Assembly: GCA_965215845.1 (NCBI GenBank)
Contig: CBDCEL010000002.1
Span: 22,954 to 86,953, forward strand
Reading direction: 5' to 3'
From: Aurantibacter sp.
GTDB taxonomy: Bacteria > Bacteroidota > Bacteroidia > Flavobacteriales > Flavobacteriaceae
Length of the DNA stretch: 64,000 nt
How positions within the stretch are numbered: the first letter of the stretch is position 1; each line of letters opens with the position of its first letter. Shown in pieces: positions 19,514 through 29,755 of this stretch. Position numbers and translations under genes: made by a program. Below the pieces are notes generated by a model. That model was not told the DNA's origin. It ran no database searches and saw only the letters and a list, made by a program, of their open reading frames with translations.

Positions 19514-22066
19514 CTATTTCTCGGTCTCTGAAGACTTTTGAGCCTTCTTTATCTTAATCGTAAGTTCCTCTTTTTTCTTGTCAAGATCCATAAAGATGCT
19601 ATCGCCCTCTTCCAATTTTGAATTGACGATTTCTTCCGCCAGGGCGTCTTCGATATATTTCTGGATGGCCCTTTTCAATGGGCGGGCACCGTACTGCTTG
19701 TCAAAACCTTTGTCGGCGATATAATCTTTTGCCTTTTCGGTCAGATTGAGATTGTAGCCGATATCTTTTATTCTGGCAAACAACTTATCCAATTCGATAT
19801 CGATAATTTTGTGTATATCCTCTCTTTCCAGTGGGTTGAATACGATCACATCGTCGATACGATTCAAGAATTCAGGTGCGAAGGCCTTTTTCAAAGCATT
19901 TTCGATGACACTTTTTTGATGTGCATCTTCTTGCGATTTTTTGGCCGCCGTGCCGAATCCGACTCCTTGTCCGAAGTCTTTCAATTGCCGTGCCCCGATA
20001 TTCGAGGTCATGATGATAATCGTATTTCGGAAATCGATTTTTCTGCCCAAGCTATCCGTAAGGTAGCCGTCATCCAATACTTGCAATAACATATTGAACA
20101 CATCGGGATGCGCCTTTTCGACTTCGTCCAACAAAATAACGGAATAGGGTTTGCGTCTTACCTTCTCGGTGAGTTGGCCACCTTCTTCATAACCTACGTA
20201 TCCCGGAGGTGCCCCAACCAGTCGAGAAATGGCGAATTTCTCCATGTATTCGCTCATATCGATGCGAATGAGCGCATCTTCAGAATCGAACAATTCCTTT
20301 GCCAAAACTTTGGCCAATTGTGTTTTACCCACACCGGTCTGGCCCAAGAAAATAAACGAACCTATGGGCTTGTTTGGATCTTTCAGTCCGGCCCTATTTC
20401 TTTGTATTGCTTTGGCCACTTTGGCCACCGCCTCGTCTTGACCAATGACGTTGGCCTTGATCAATTCGGGAAGCTCTGCCAGTTTGTTGCTTTCGGTTTG
20501 GGCAATGCGATTCACGGGTATGCCGCTCATCATGGAAACAACATCTGCAACATTGTCTTCTGAAACTATTTCTTTGTGCTGTTTGCTGTCTTCTTCCCAC
20601 TGGGCTTGTGCAGAAGCCAAATCTTTCTCGATTCGTTTTTCATCGTCTCGAAGTTTGGCGGCCTCTTCATATTTCTGCTTCTTGACTACACTGTTCTTCA
20701 GTTCCCTGACATCTTCCAACTGCTTTTCAAGCTCCAAGATTTGTTTGGGCACATCCATATTGACGATATGAACACGGGATCCCGCTTCGTCAAGGGCATC
20801 AATGGCCTTATCGGGTAAAAAGCGATCCGTCATATAGCGATTCGTCAATTTTACACAAGCGATGACGGCTTCATCTGTATATGATACATTGTGATGGTCT
20901 TCGTATTTGCCTTTAATATTTTGGAGAATTTCGATGGTCTCCTCAACCGTGGTCGGTTCTACGATTACCTTTTGAAAACGACGTTCCAATGCACCGTCTT
21001 TCTCAATGTATTGTCTGTACTCGTCGAGAGTCGTAGCACCAATACATTGAATTTCGCCCCTTGCCAAAGCCGGTTTGAACATATTTGAGGCATCTAGGCT
21101 TCCTGTTGCCCCTCCGGCACCGACGATGGTATGTATTTCGTCAATGAACAAAATAACGTCATCGTTCTTTTCCAATTCGTTCATGACCGCTTTCATGCGC
21201 TCTTCAAACTGTCCGCGATATTTAGTACCGGCCACCAGCGACGCCAAGTCCAAGGTGACAACCCTTTTATTGTAAAGGATTCTGGAAACCTTCTTGTTGA
21301 TGATGCGAAGTGCCAAGCCTTCAGCAATAGCACTCTTGCCCACACCCGGCTCGCCGATCAATAGTGGATTGTTCTTTTTTCTTCGGCTTAGGATTTGCGA
21401 GACCCGTTCAATTTCCTTTTCCCTGCCCACAACGGGATCCAATCTATTTTCCTCGGCAAGACGTGTAAGGTCCCTTCCGAAATTGTCCAAGACCGGGGTC
21501 TTTGATTTTTTATTCCCTTTTTGCCCTGAGGTGGTTCCGAACGAACCTTCTTTGGCCTCGTTTGAATCATCATCACTTGGAAAGGATTCCGACGTAGGGG
21601 CGTCCACAATATCATCATCACTGGTGATCATGAACTTGAACTGTTCTTTCACACCATCGTAATCCACTTTTAACTTGTGCAGCAATTTGGTGGTCGGGTC
21701 GTTCTCGTTTCGAAGAATACACAATAGCAAATGTGCCGTATTTATTGAGGAACTTTGAAATAATTTAGCCTCAAGAAATGTAGTTTTCAGTGCTCTTTCG
21801 GCTTGTCTTGTAAGATGAAGGTTCTTCTTGTCTTTTTGCGTATTACCGGGGTTGGGGTTCGACGGACTCAATATCTCGACTTTTCTTCTCAAATGGTCAA
21901 GGTCTACCTCAAGGGCATCCAAAATGCTGATCGCCTTGCCATTGCCATCTCTAAGAAGTCCCAACATTAAATGCTCGGTGCCAATGAAATCATGACCGAG
22001 CCTCAAGGCCTCTTCCTTGCTATAAGCTATTACGTCCTTTACCCTTGGGGAGAAATTATCATCCAT
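19514..22066 (-). CDS. clpC: ATP-dependent Clp protease ATP-binding subunit ClpC-type (850 aa)
   Basis: Clp_N repeats, two AAA+ modules (GEPGVGKSAIAEG and GQTGVGKTQLAK), and a UVR-like linker (KKQKYEEAAKLRDDEKRIEKDL). Confidence 0.95.
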   Translation of the reverse strand: MDDNFSPRVKDVIAYSKEEALRLGHDFIGTEHLMLGLLRDGNGKAISILDALEVDLDHLRRKVEILSPSNPNPGNTQKDKKNLHLTRQAERALKTTFLEAKLFQSSSINTAHLLLCILRNENDPTTKLLHKLKVDYDGVKEQFKFMITSDDDIVDAPTSESFPSDDDSNEAKEGSFGTTSGQKGNKKSKTPVLDNFGRDLTRLAEENRLDPVVGREKEIERVSQILSRRKKNNPLLIGEPGVGKSAIAEGLALRIINKKVSRILYNKRVVTLDLASLVAGTKYRGQFEERMKAVMNELEKNDDVILFIDEIHTIVGAGGATGSLDASNMFKPALARGEIQCIGATTLDEYRQYIEKDGALERRFQKVIVEPTTVEETIEILQNIKGKYEDHHNVSYTDEAVIACVKLTNRYMTDRFLPDKAIDALDEAGSRVHIVNMDVPKQILELEKQLEDVRELKNSVVKKQKYEEAAKLRDDEKRIEKDLASAQAQWEEDSKQHKEIVSEDNVADVVSMMSGIPVNRIAQTESNKLAELPELIKANVIGQDEAVAKVAKAIQRNRAGLKDPNKPIGSFIFLGQTGVGKTQLAKVLAKELFDSEDALIRIDMSEYMEKFAISRLVGAPPGYVGYEEGGQLTEKVRRKPYSVILLDEVEKAHPDVFNMLLQVLDDGYLTDSLGRKIDFRNTIIIMTSNIGARQLKDFGQGVGFGTAAKKSQEDAHQKSVIENALKKAFAPEFLNRIDDVIVFNPLEREDIHKIIDIELDKLFARIKDIGYNLNLTEKAKDYIADKGFDKQYGARPLKRAIQKYIEDALAEEIVNSKLEEGDSIFMDLDKKKEELTIKIKKAQKSSETEK

Positions 22067-22178
22067 AAACCAACCTTAATTTCATTCATAAAATTAGTAA
22101 AACTATACATATCTAACGCAAATAGTGTTCCTATATTCGATTAAGTTGTATGAAATGACGAAAAAAACCAACAATTAG

Positions 22179-22200
22179 CAAATTGTGACGCCACAATTTG
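22179..22200. promoter_or_regulatory. Perfect 9-bp inverted repeat CAAATTGTG-ACGC-CACAATTTG in the divergent clpC/gyrA intergenic region
   Basis: Read directly from the sequence. 113 nt upstream of the clpC start and 130 nt upstream of the gyrA start. Confidence 0.5.
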
Positions 22201-22329
22201 TCCACTAAAATCGGCCTTTTGAGTGTTGATAAATTGTTGAAGAAAGTGCGGTCAAAGTGCCGCAAAAGCGGTTATTTTACGTAAATTGGCATGCTTTTTT
22301 AACACTAACTAAAATATCGAATTTTATAT

Positions 22330-24862
22330 ATGGCGGAAGGCGAAAAATTGATTTCGATCAACATAGAAGATGAAATGAAATCGGCCTACATCGATTACTC
22401 GATGTCGGTCATTGTGTCACGTGCACTGCCAGATGTGCGTGATGGCCTTAAACCGGTCCATCGAAGAGTGCTTTATGGAATGTACGAACTTGGTGTCAGA
22501 TCCAATAGTTCGCATAAGAAATCGGCACGTATCGTAGGGGAGGTTTTGGGTAAATACCATCCACATGGAGATACCTCGGTCTATGATTCGATGGTGCGAA
22601 TGGCGCAGGAGTGGAGTTTGAGATATATGTTGGTCGACGGGCAAGGGAATTTTGGTTCTGTTGATGGTGATAGTCCGGCAGCCATGCGGTACACAGAGGC
22701 TAGAATGCGAAAGATTGCTGATGAAATGCTGGCCGATATCGACAAGGATACCGTCGACCATCAACTGAATTTCGATGATTCGTTGGAAGAACCCACCGTA
22801 CTCCCGACAAGGGTGCCTAATCTTTTGGTTAACGGGGCATCTGGTATTGCCGTTGGTATGGCAACCAATATGCCGCCCCACAACTTATCTGAAGTAGTTG
22901 ATGGAACTGTTGCCTATATCGATAACAACGATATTGAAATCGATGAGTTGATCCAACATATCAAGGCCCCTGACTTTCCGACAGGTGGAATTATCTATGG
23001 ATATGATGGTGTAAAAGATGCCTTTCACACCGGTAGGGGGCGCGTAAAGGTCCGGGCCAAAGCAGAAATCGAGGAGGTACAGGGTCGAGAATGTATCGTT
23101 GTCACCGAAATACCCTATCAGGTCAATAAGGCCGACATGATCAAAAAGACGGCCGATTTGATCAACGAGAAAAAAATCGATGGTATCTCAAGTATTCGCG
23201 ATGAATCGGATAGAAAGGGAATGCGCATCGTTTACGTACTGAAGAGAGATGCCATTCCGAATATCGTGCTGAACACACTTTATAAGTACACGGCACTTCA
23301 GTCCTCATTTAGTGTGAACAACATCGCATTGGTCAATGGCAGGCCCCAATTGTTGAATGTTAAGGAGATGATCCACTATTTCGTGGAACATAGACATGAG
23401 GTTGTGGTTCGCCGAACCACTTACGAACTTAAAAAAGCAGAGGATCGGGCGCATATTCTTGAGGGTCTGATCATTGCTTCTGACAATATCGATGAGGTCA
23501 TCAAAATAATTCGTGCCTCCTCAAATGCCGATGAGGCCAGGGAGAATTTGATGGAGCGGTTCAAATTGACCGAAATCCAGGCCAAGGCCATAGTAGAGAT
23601 GCGCTTGCGTCAATTGACGGGTCTTGAACAAGATAAATTGCGTTCCGAGTACGATGAGATCGTCAAAACGATCGCCGATTTGAAAGACATTTTGGCGAAG
23701 AAGGAGCGTAGAATGCAAATCATCAAGGACGAGCTCTTGGAGGTCAAGGAAAAGTATGGGGACGCTCGCCGATCGGAAATCAATTTCGCCGGGGGCGATT
23801 TGAGTATTGAGGATATGATTCCTGATGAGCAAGTGGTGATCACCATTTCACATTTGGGTTACATCAAGCGCACTCCACTATCGGAATACAAAACCCAAAA
23901 TCGCGGAGGCGTCGGGCAGAAAGCCTCTTCTACTCGTAATGAGGATTTCTTAGAGCATCTCTTCGTTGGCACCAACCACCAGTACATGCTGTTCTTTACC
24001 CAAAAGGGAAAGTGTTTTTGGATGCGCGTATATGAAATTCCCGAAGGAAGTAGAACTTCCAAAGGAAGGGCCATTCAGAACCTGATCAACATCGAACAAG
24101 ACGATATGGTCAAGGCATTTATCTGTACCCGCGACCTTAAGGATGAAGACTATGTCAATAGTCATTATGTGATCATGGCGACCAAACGGGGAACTGTTAA
24201 GAAAACTTCATTGGAACAATATTCCCGCCCACGTCAGAACGGGATCAACGCCATTGGCATACGTGAGGGCGACGAATTGTTGGAAGCCAAACTCACCACG
24301 GGGACCAGTCAGATTTTCTTGGATTGAAATCGGGAAAGGCCATCCGCTTTGAGGAAAGCAAGACCAGACCTATGGGAAGAAATGCCTCGGGTGTAAGAGG
24401 TATCAAATTGGCCAACGAAAATGATGAGGTCATCGGAATGGTTTCGGTACACAACTTCGAGGATGAGATTTTGGTTGTTTCCGAAAATGGCTATGGCAAG
24501 CGATCGAGCATAGAAGACTATAGGATCACCAATAGAGGGGGTAAAGGGGTTAAGACGATTTCGATTACCGAAAAAACAGGAGGACTGGTCGCTATCAAGA
24601 ACGTATGCGACTCAGATGATTTGATGATCATCAACAAATCGGGCATCGCCATTCGTATGAGCGTAGAGGATTTACGTGTCATGGAAGGGCTACACAAGGG
24701 GTAAAATTGATTAACTTGAAAGACAACGATTCCATCGCCGCGGTGGCCAAGGTCATGAAAGATGAAGACAATCTTGACGAGGTCGATATTATGGATATCG
24801 AAGTCACCACAGAAGATGGCACGGCTCTTGATAATACAAGCTCGGACGAATCAGAAGAATAA
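22330..24862 (+). CDS. gyrA: DNA gyrase subunit A, with two apparent 1-nt deletions (about 24320-24322 and 24683-24684)
   Basis: Three consecutive frames read colinearly: ...[18 protein letters not shown]...[30 protein letters not shown]...SSDESEE. The N-terminus has the canonical AAMRYTE active-site Tyr motif. Confidence 0.95.
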
Positions 24863-24889
24863 TTTATAACACACTAATATTTAATTTAA

Positions 24890-26149
24890 ATGATGATGAA
24901 AACAAAACTATTAATACTTATGGTATCGCTTTTCAGTGCAATTGGTTTTGCACAAAAAAGCGAATTGAAAGCTGCTGAAAAAGCTCTCAAGGGAGGCGAT
25001 TCGCAGGCAGCGAAAACGGCTTTGGAAGCCATCTCCGGCTCAATTGCCGGAGCGGACGAAAAGTACCAGGCCCAGTACCACTTCCTGACCGGTAAAGCTT
25101 ATGCCGACCTTGCCAAAAAAGGGGACGCAAGTGCTTTTCAGAAGGCGGCCGATGCTTTCACCAAAGTGAAGGGCATGCCCGCCGGAAAAAAATACATGGG
25201 AGAGACCGATCAATACCTTCAGTCGATAACCGCCGATTTGGTCAACTCTGCCGTAGAGGACAATGGGAACAAGAAGTTCAAGGAGGCAGCCGAAAAGCTG
25301 TATATGGCTTATAAGTTGAGTCCGCAAGACACAACCTATCTCTATTATGCAGCGGGTAGTGCTGTAAATGGGCAGCATTTCGAAGATGCCCTAAAGTATT
25401 ACCAAGAGTTGGAAGCAATCGGGTACGATGGTAGTGGCATGGTATACAAGGCCACGAATATAGAATCTGGCCAGGTTGAAGAAATGGACTTGGCGCAGCG
25501 TGACCTTATGGTCAAAGCAGGGACGCATAAAGATCCGGTAGATGAAAAATTGCCTTCAAAATCTGCAGAGATCGTTAAAAATACGGCATTGATCTATACC
25601 CAATTGGGCCAAGATGATAAAGCAATGGAGGCTTACAAAGCGGCGCGCGCGAATGATCCCAATGATGTGAATTTGATTCTTAACGAGGCCAATCTTCATT
25701 ACAAGTTGGGCGATAAGGATAAGTTTAAGGAATTGATGTCAGAAGCTGCGTCCGTTGCTCCAGATAATCCAGACTTACATTACAATATTGGCGTAATCAA
25801 TATGGAACAAGGAAATCTTGAAGAGGCTCGCGCCGCTTACAAGAAAGCTTTGGAAATCAATCCTGGATATACCAATGCACAGCTCAACCTTTCGACTACC
25901 TATGTGAACGAAGGGAATGGTCTGATCGACGAGATGAACAGTCTTGGCAGTTCAAAGGCCGATATTGCAAGATATGATGAATTAAAGGCGCAAAAGGATG
26001 AACTTTTCATGCAAGGTGCCCAAGTTTTGGAAGATGCCTTAAAGGCCAACCCTGAGAACCAAGGTCTGCTTGAACAACTCAAGAACATCTATGGTGCCAT
26101 GGGAGACAATGAAAACTTCATGAGGGTAAAGAAGTTGATGGGCGAATAA
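24890..26149 (+). CDS. Secreted TPR-repeat protein (419 aa)
   Basis: Signal peptide MMMKTKLLILMVSLFSAIGFAQ. Repeated A/Y/L-rich TPR-like units (e.g. HYNIGVINMEQGNLEEARAAYKKALEINP). Confidence 0.8.
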   Translation: MMMKTKLLILMVSLFSAIGFAQKSELKAAEKALKGGDSQAAKTALEAISGSIAGADEKYQAQYHFLTGKAYADLAKKGDASAFQKAADAFTKVKGMPAGKKYMGETDQYLQSITADLVNSAVEDNGNKKFKEAAEKLYMAYKLSPQDTTYLYYAAGSAVNGQHFEDALKYYQELEAIGYDGSGMVYKATNIESGQVEEMDLAQRDLMVKAGTHKDPVDEKLPSKSAEIVKNTALIYTQLGQDDKAMEAYKAARANDPNDVNLILNEANLHYKLGDKDKFKELMSEAASVAPDNPDLHYNIGVINMEQGNLEEARAAYKKALEINPGYTNAQLNLSTTYVNEGNGLIDEMNSLGSSKADIARYDELKAQKDELFMQGAQVLEDALKANPENQGLLEQLKNIYGAMGDNENFMRVKKLMGE

Positions 26150-26171
26150 TCCAATATTTACCATTCAATTG

Positions 26172-26201
26172 AAAAACCTCCCATGCTCTGGGAGGTTTTT
26201 T
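26172..26201. terminator. Bidirectional rho-independent terminator between convergent genes
   Basis: AACCTCCCA-TGCTC-TGGGAGGTT, a perfect 9-bp stem flanked by an A5 and a T6 run. Confidence 0.75.
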
Positions 26202-26252
26202 ATTTACCGTTCTTTGTACGCTAGTATTCAGGAAATTACATTGCAAAGAGCG

Positions 26253-27428
26253 CTAACCTCTTTCCAACACAAGGGCAGATGCGCCGCCCCCTCCATTGCA
26301 TATGGCGGCGGCCCCGATACGGGCATTGTTCTGTTCCAATACATTTATCAGGGTAACGATGATTCGCGCCCCTGAACATCCAAGGGGATGGCCTAATGAA
26401 ACGGCCCCGCCGTTGACGTTGACAGTGTCGTCACTTAAGTCCAATAGTTTCATGTTGGCAAGCCCAACGACCGAAAATGCTTCATTGAATTCAAAATAAT
26501 CAACATCTTCCATTTTTACTCCTGCATTGGCAAGGGCCTTTGGTAAGGCCTTGGCGGGTGCGGTGGTGAACCACTTCGGTTCATGTGCCGCATCGGCATA
26601 GCCTTTGATCTTTGCCAAAGGCTTTAAGTTCAATTCTTGAGCCCTGTCGGCACTCATCAAAATCATGGCCGCGGCCCCGTCGTTAATCGTCGACGCATTG
26701 GCAGCGGTAACGGTACCATCCTTGGTGAAAGCAGGTCGAAGATTGGGTATTTTTTCCATTTTGACATTCTTGAACTCCTCATCCTCTGAAATTACGATGG
26801 GTTCCCCTCGTCGCTGGGGCACCTCGATCGGTACGACCTCATTTTCGAATTTTCCTGCGGACCAGGCTTCTGCCGATCTATTATATGATTGAATGGCAAA
26901 ACCATCTTGGTCTTCCCTACTGAAATTATATTCCGTTGCGCAGGCATCTGCACAAACACCCATTGCGTTCTGATCATAGACGTCAACCAGGCCATCTTTT
27001 TGCATGCTATCTATCAGGCTGGCCGGACCAAACTTTTGCCCGGACCTCATATTGACCAAATGGGGTGCAAGGCTCATATTTTCCATTCCGCCCGCAACAA
27101 TAATTTCGTTCTGGCCCAAAGCTATCGATTGGGCCGCCTGCATTACAGTTTTCATTCCCGAGGCGCAGACCTTGTTCACTGTGGTGCACGGTACCGTATC
27201 CGGTATTCCCGCGTAAATCGCAGCCTGGCGTGCAGGTGCCTGCCCGGTGCCGGCCTGTATCACATTTCCCATTAAAACTTCCTCCACTAAATCGGGTCTC
27301 AATTTTATTTGCGCCAAAGCGCCCTTTATGGCTTCGGCCCCCAACTTTGGAGCGGGAATGGAAGAAAGCCCACCCATAAAACTTCCGATTGGGGTTCTCA
27401 CCGCCGATACTATGACCACCTCTTTCAT
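26253..27428 (-). CDS. Acetyl-CoA C-acetyltransferase (thiolase II)
   Basis: 391 aa with active-site NKVCASGMK and C-terminal NGGAVSLGHPLGCSGARI...CNGGGGASA. Confidence 0.95.
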   Translation of the reverse strand: MKEVVIVSAVRTPIGSFMGGLSSIPAPKLGAEAIKGALAQIKLRPDLVEEVLMGNVIQAGTGQAPARQAAIYAGIPDTVPCTTVNKVCASGMKTVMQAAQSIALGQNEIIVAGGMENMSLAPHLVNMRSGQKFGPASLIDSMQKDGLVDVYDQNAMGVCADACATEYNFSREDQDGFAIQSYNRSAEAWSAGKFENEVVPIEVPQRRGEPIVISEDEEFKNVKMEKIPNLRPAFTKDGTVTAANASTINDGAAAMILMSADRAQELNLKPLAKIKGYADAAHEPKWFTTAPAKALPKALANAGVKMEDVDYFEFNEAFSVVGLANMKLLDLSDDTVNVNGGAVSLGHPLGCSGARIIVTLINVLEQNNARIGAAAICNGGGGASALVLERG

Positions 27429-27574
27429 AAAAATTCATTGTTTGATTACAGAATGCGAAATTAAGAAATATTCGTCCAAAAGATATTTGAGATAAGATGA
27501 TGCGAGGTTAAAACATTCCACTTGCTAAATTCTTAAGTTTTTAATTTTCTATTTTTGATATAGATACCTTTCTT

Positions 27575-29623
27575 ATGCGAAAATTTTTGGATAAGATTTT
27601 TAAGAACCAATCCGTTATATACAAAAGTCTGCTCTACGTTGCCTCGGCATGCCTTATTGTATTTTTCTTTCCGAAGGGTGGACAGTTCAAGTACGAATTC
27701 CAAAAAGGAAGGCCATGGCAGTATCAGAACTTATATGCCCCTTTCGATTTTTCCATCAACAAGGGTCAAGCTGAAGTTTTGATAGAACAACAGCGTATCC
27801 AAGACGAGAAACTTGACTATTATAGTTATGATAATGATGTTCCCATTGAGGTAAGGGCCAATTTTGAAGAAAGGTTTCCCGTTATTTTTTCAACAGATAA
27901 TTATAATAGGGGCCAGCTTCATACTTTAAAACAAGCTGCCTTGGAAATTTTGGACGAGCTCTACGAATTCGGAGTTGTAAGAACCAAAGCACAAGGAAGC
28001 ACTTTCAGGGATATCTATCTGGTCAGGAATCAAGAGGCCAACCGAATCGACTACACGAAACTCCGTAGTATCGACCTCCTCGAAAATTCGATCAATGCCT
28101 TTTTAAAAAGAAGAGGCCTAAGTGGGTATGCGAATGGTTTTCAGAGGTTGTTCTCCGGTCTTATCAAGCCCAATGTTTCATTTGACAAGGCGCTTACCGA
28201 AAAAGCCTTGGAGAGCGAACTTTCAAAGATTTCGCACACTAGGGGGACGATTTCAGAAGGGGAATTGGTAATCGCCAAAGGGGCTGTGGTCGAGGCTGAG
28301 GATCTCAATATTCTCAATTCCCTCAAGAAGGAGTATGAATCAGAACTCTGGGCCAACGACAACTTCTATTATATACTCAGCGGCTATACCGTGCTGGTTG
28401 CACTTGTTCTCATGATGCTATTGCTTTTTCTAAAAAAGTACAGAAGGGAAATCTATGAAGACAACACAAAAGTCACCTTCATTTTTTTCAATGTGGTGTT
28501 GATGGTTTTTATTACCACCTTGGTCGTGCAATACAATGAAGCCTACATTTTCGTGGTACCGCTTTGTATTTTACCCTTGATTATCAAGACCTTTTTTGAT
28601 GCCCGTCTTGCCCTTTTCGTCCATGTGCTGGCCGTGCTGATATTGGGCTTCGTGGTACCGAACAGTTATGAGTATATTTTTTTACAGATTATTGCCGGTA
28701 TTGTCACTATTTTGACCGTAGAACAGCTGTACAAAAGAGCCAATCTGTTTATCTCGGTCGGTCAGATTACCCTCATTTATATGGTGGGCTATCTGGCATT
28801 CCACACGATTCACGAGGGAAATCTCAACAATATCGAGTGGGTAACCCTAGGTCTTTTTCTGCTCAACGGTATGATCACCCTATTTGTTCAGCCCTTGATT
28901 TATATCTACGAAAGAATCTTTGGTCTTGTTTCCGACGTTTCGTTGTTGGAACTTTCAGACACCAATACAAAGCTTCTCAAGGAATTGTCGAATAAGGCCC
29001 CTGGGACCTTTCACCATTCCTTGCAGGTTTCAAATCTAGCCGAGGCGGCCGCAAATGAAATAGGCGCCAATGCCATGCTAGTAAGGGTAGGGGCACTATA
29101 CCATGATATTGGTAAAATGGAGAACCCTACATTTTACACGGAGAACCAGATTACCAATGTAAATCCGCATGACGAGATCTCACCACGGGAAAGTGCAAAG
29201 ATTATCATTGATCATGTTATCAAGGGTATTGAGCTGGCCAGAAAGAACAATCTGCCCGATCGGGTGATTGATTTTATTCGCTCACATCATGGTAATACAA
29301 CCGTGTATTATTTTTTCAAAAAGGAGCAAGAATCAGGTCGGCCGGCAAACGAAGATGATTTCAAGTACCCGGGCCCCATACCTTTCTCGAAAGAGACGGC
29401 GATTTTGATGATGGCCGACTCTGTGGAGGCGGCCTCGAAAAGTCTTAAAAACCCGACTTTCACGATTATCGATGAATTCATTGATAAAATAATCGACGGA
29501 CAAATGTCTGCCAACCAATTTTTGAACGCAAACATTACTTTTCGGGAAATTGAAACGGTAAAAAAAGTGTTGAAGCAGAAGCTTACGAACATTTACCATT
29601 TACGCGTAGAGTATCCCGAGTAA
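27575..29623 (+). CDS. 7TM-receptor-type membrane protein with an intracellular HD/HDIG phosphohydrolase domain
   Basis: Central block of about 7 hydrophobic helices, then HHSLQVSNLAEAAA...GALYHDIGK...SHHG (HD domain). Confidence 0.85.
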   Translation: MRKFLDKIFKNQSVIYKSLLYVASACLIVFFFPKGGQFKYEFQKGRPWQYQNLYAPFDFSINKGQAEVLIEQQRIQDEKLDYYSYDNDVPIEVRANFEERFPVIFSTDNYNRGQLHTLKQAALEILDELYEFGVVRTKAQGSTFRDIYLVRNQEANRIDYTKLRSIDLLENSINAFLKRRGLSGYANGFQRLFSGLIKPNVSFDKALTEKALESELSKISHTRGTISEGELVIAKGAVVEAEDLNILNSLKKEYESELWANDNFYYILSGYTVLVALVLMMLLLFLKKYRREIYEDNTKVTFIFFNVVLMVFITTLVVQYNEAYIFVVPLCILPLIIKTFFDARLALFVHVLAVLILGFVVPNSYEYIFLQIIAGIVTILTVEQLYKRANLFISVGQITLIYMVGYLAFHTIHEGNLNNIEWVTLGLFLLNGMITLFVQPLIYIYERIFGLVSDVSLLELSDTNTKLLKELSNKAPGTFHHSLQVSNLAEAAANEIGANAMLVRVGALYHDIGKMENPTFYTENQITNVNPHDEISPRESAKIIIDHVIKGIELARKNNLPDRVIDFIRSHHGNTTVYYFFKKEQESGRPANEDDFKYPGPIPFSKETAILMMADSVEAASKSLKNPTFTIIDEFIDKIIDGQMSANQFLNANITFREIETVKKVLKQKLTNIYHLRVEYPE

Positions 29624-29755
29624 TTGATTTTAAATGGGGCCAAGAGTTGCCCATTTTTATAATTTCCCCTAAAATGGCGTGCTAAAAATATTTCGAAAAC
29701 GCCTGATTTTGGTATGGGCTTTGAGGCCCTATTGTTTAATTGCAAATATGTGACC

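Noticed and set aside
22171-22200. CIRCE or CtsR operator upstream of clpC (the region begins TTAGCA).
   Set aside because: Beyond TTAGCA there is no match to TTAGCACTC-N9-GAGTGCTAA or to the GGTCAAA repeat. It is reported only as an unclassified palindrome.
22330-24862. gyrA as a genuine pseudogene.
   Set aside because: The gene is essential. The sequence is perfectly conserved across both frame changes, and the changes are single-base length differences in short G runs. Assembly error is far more likely.
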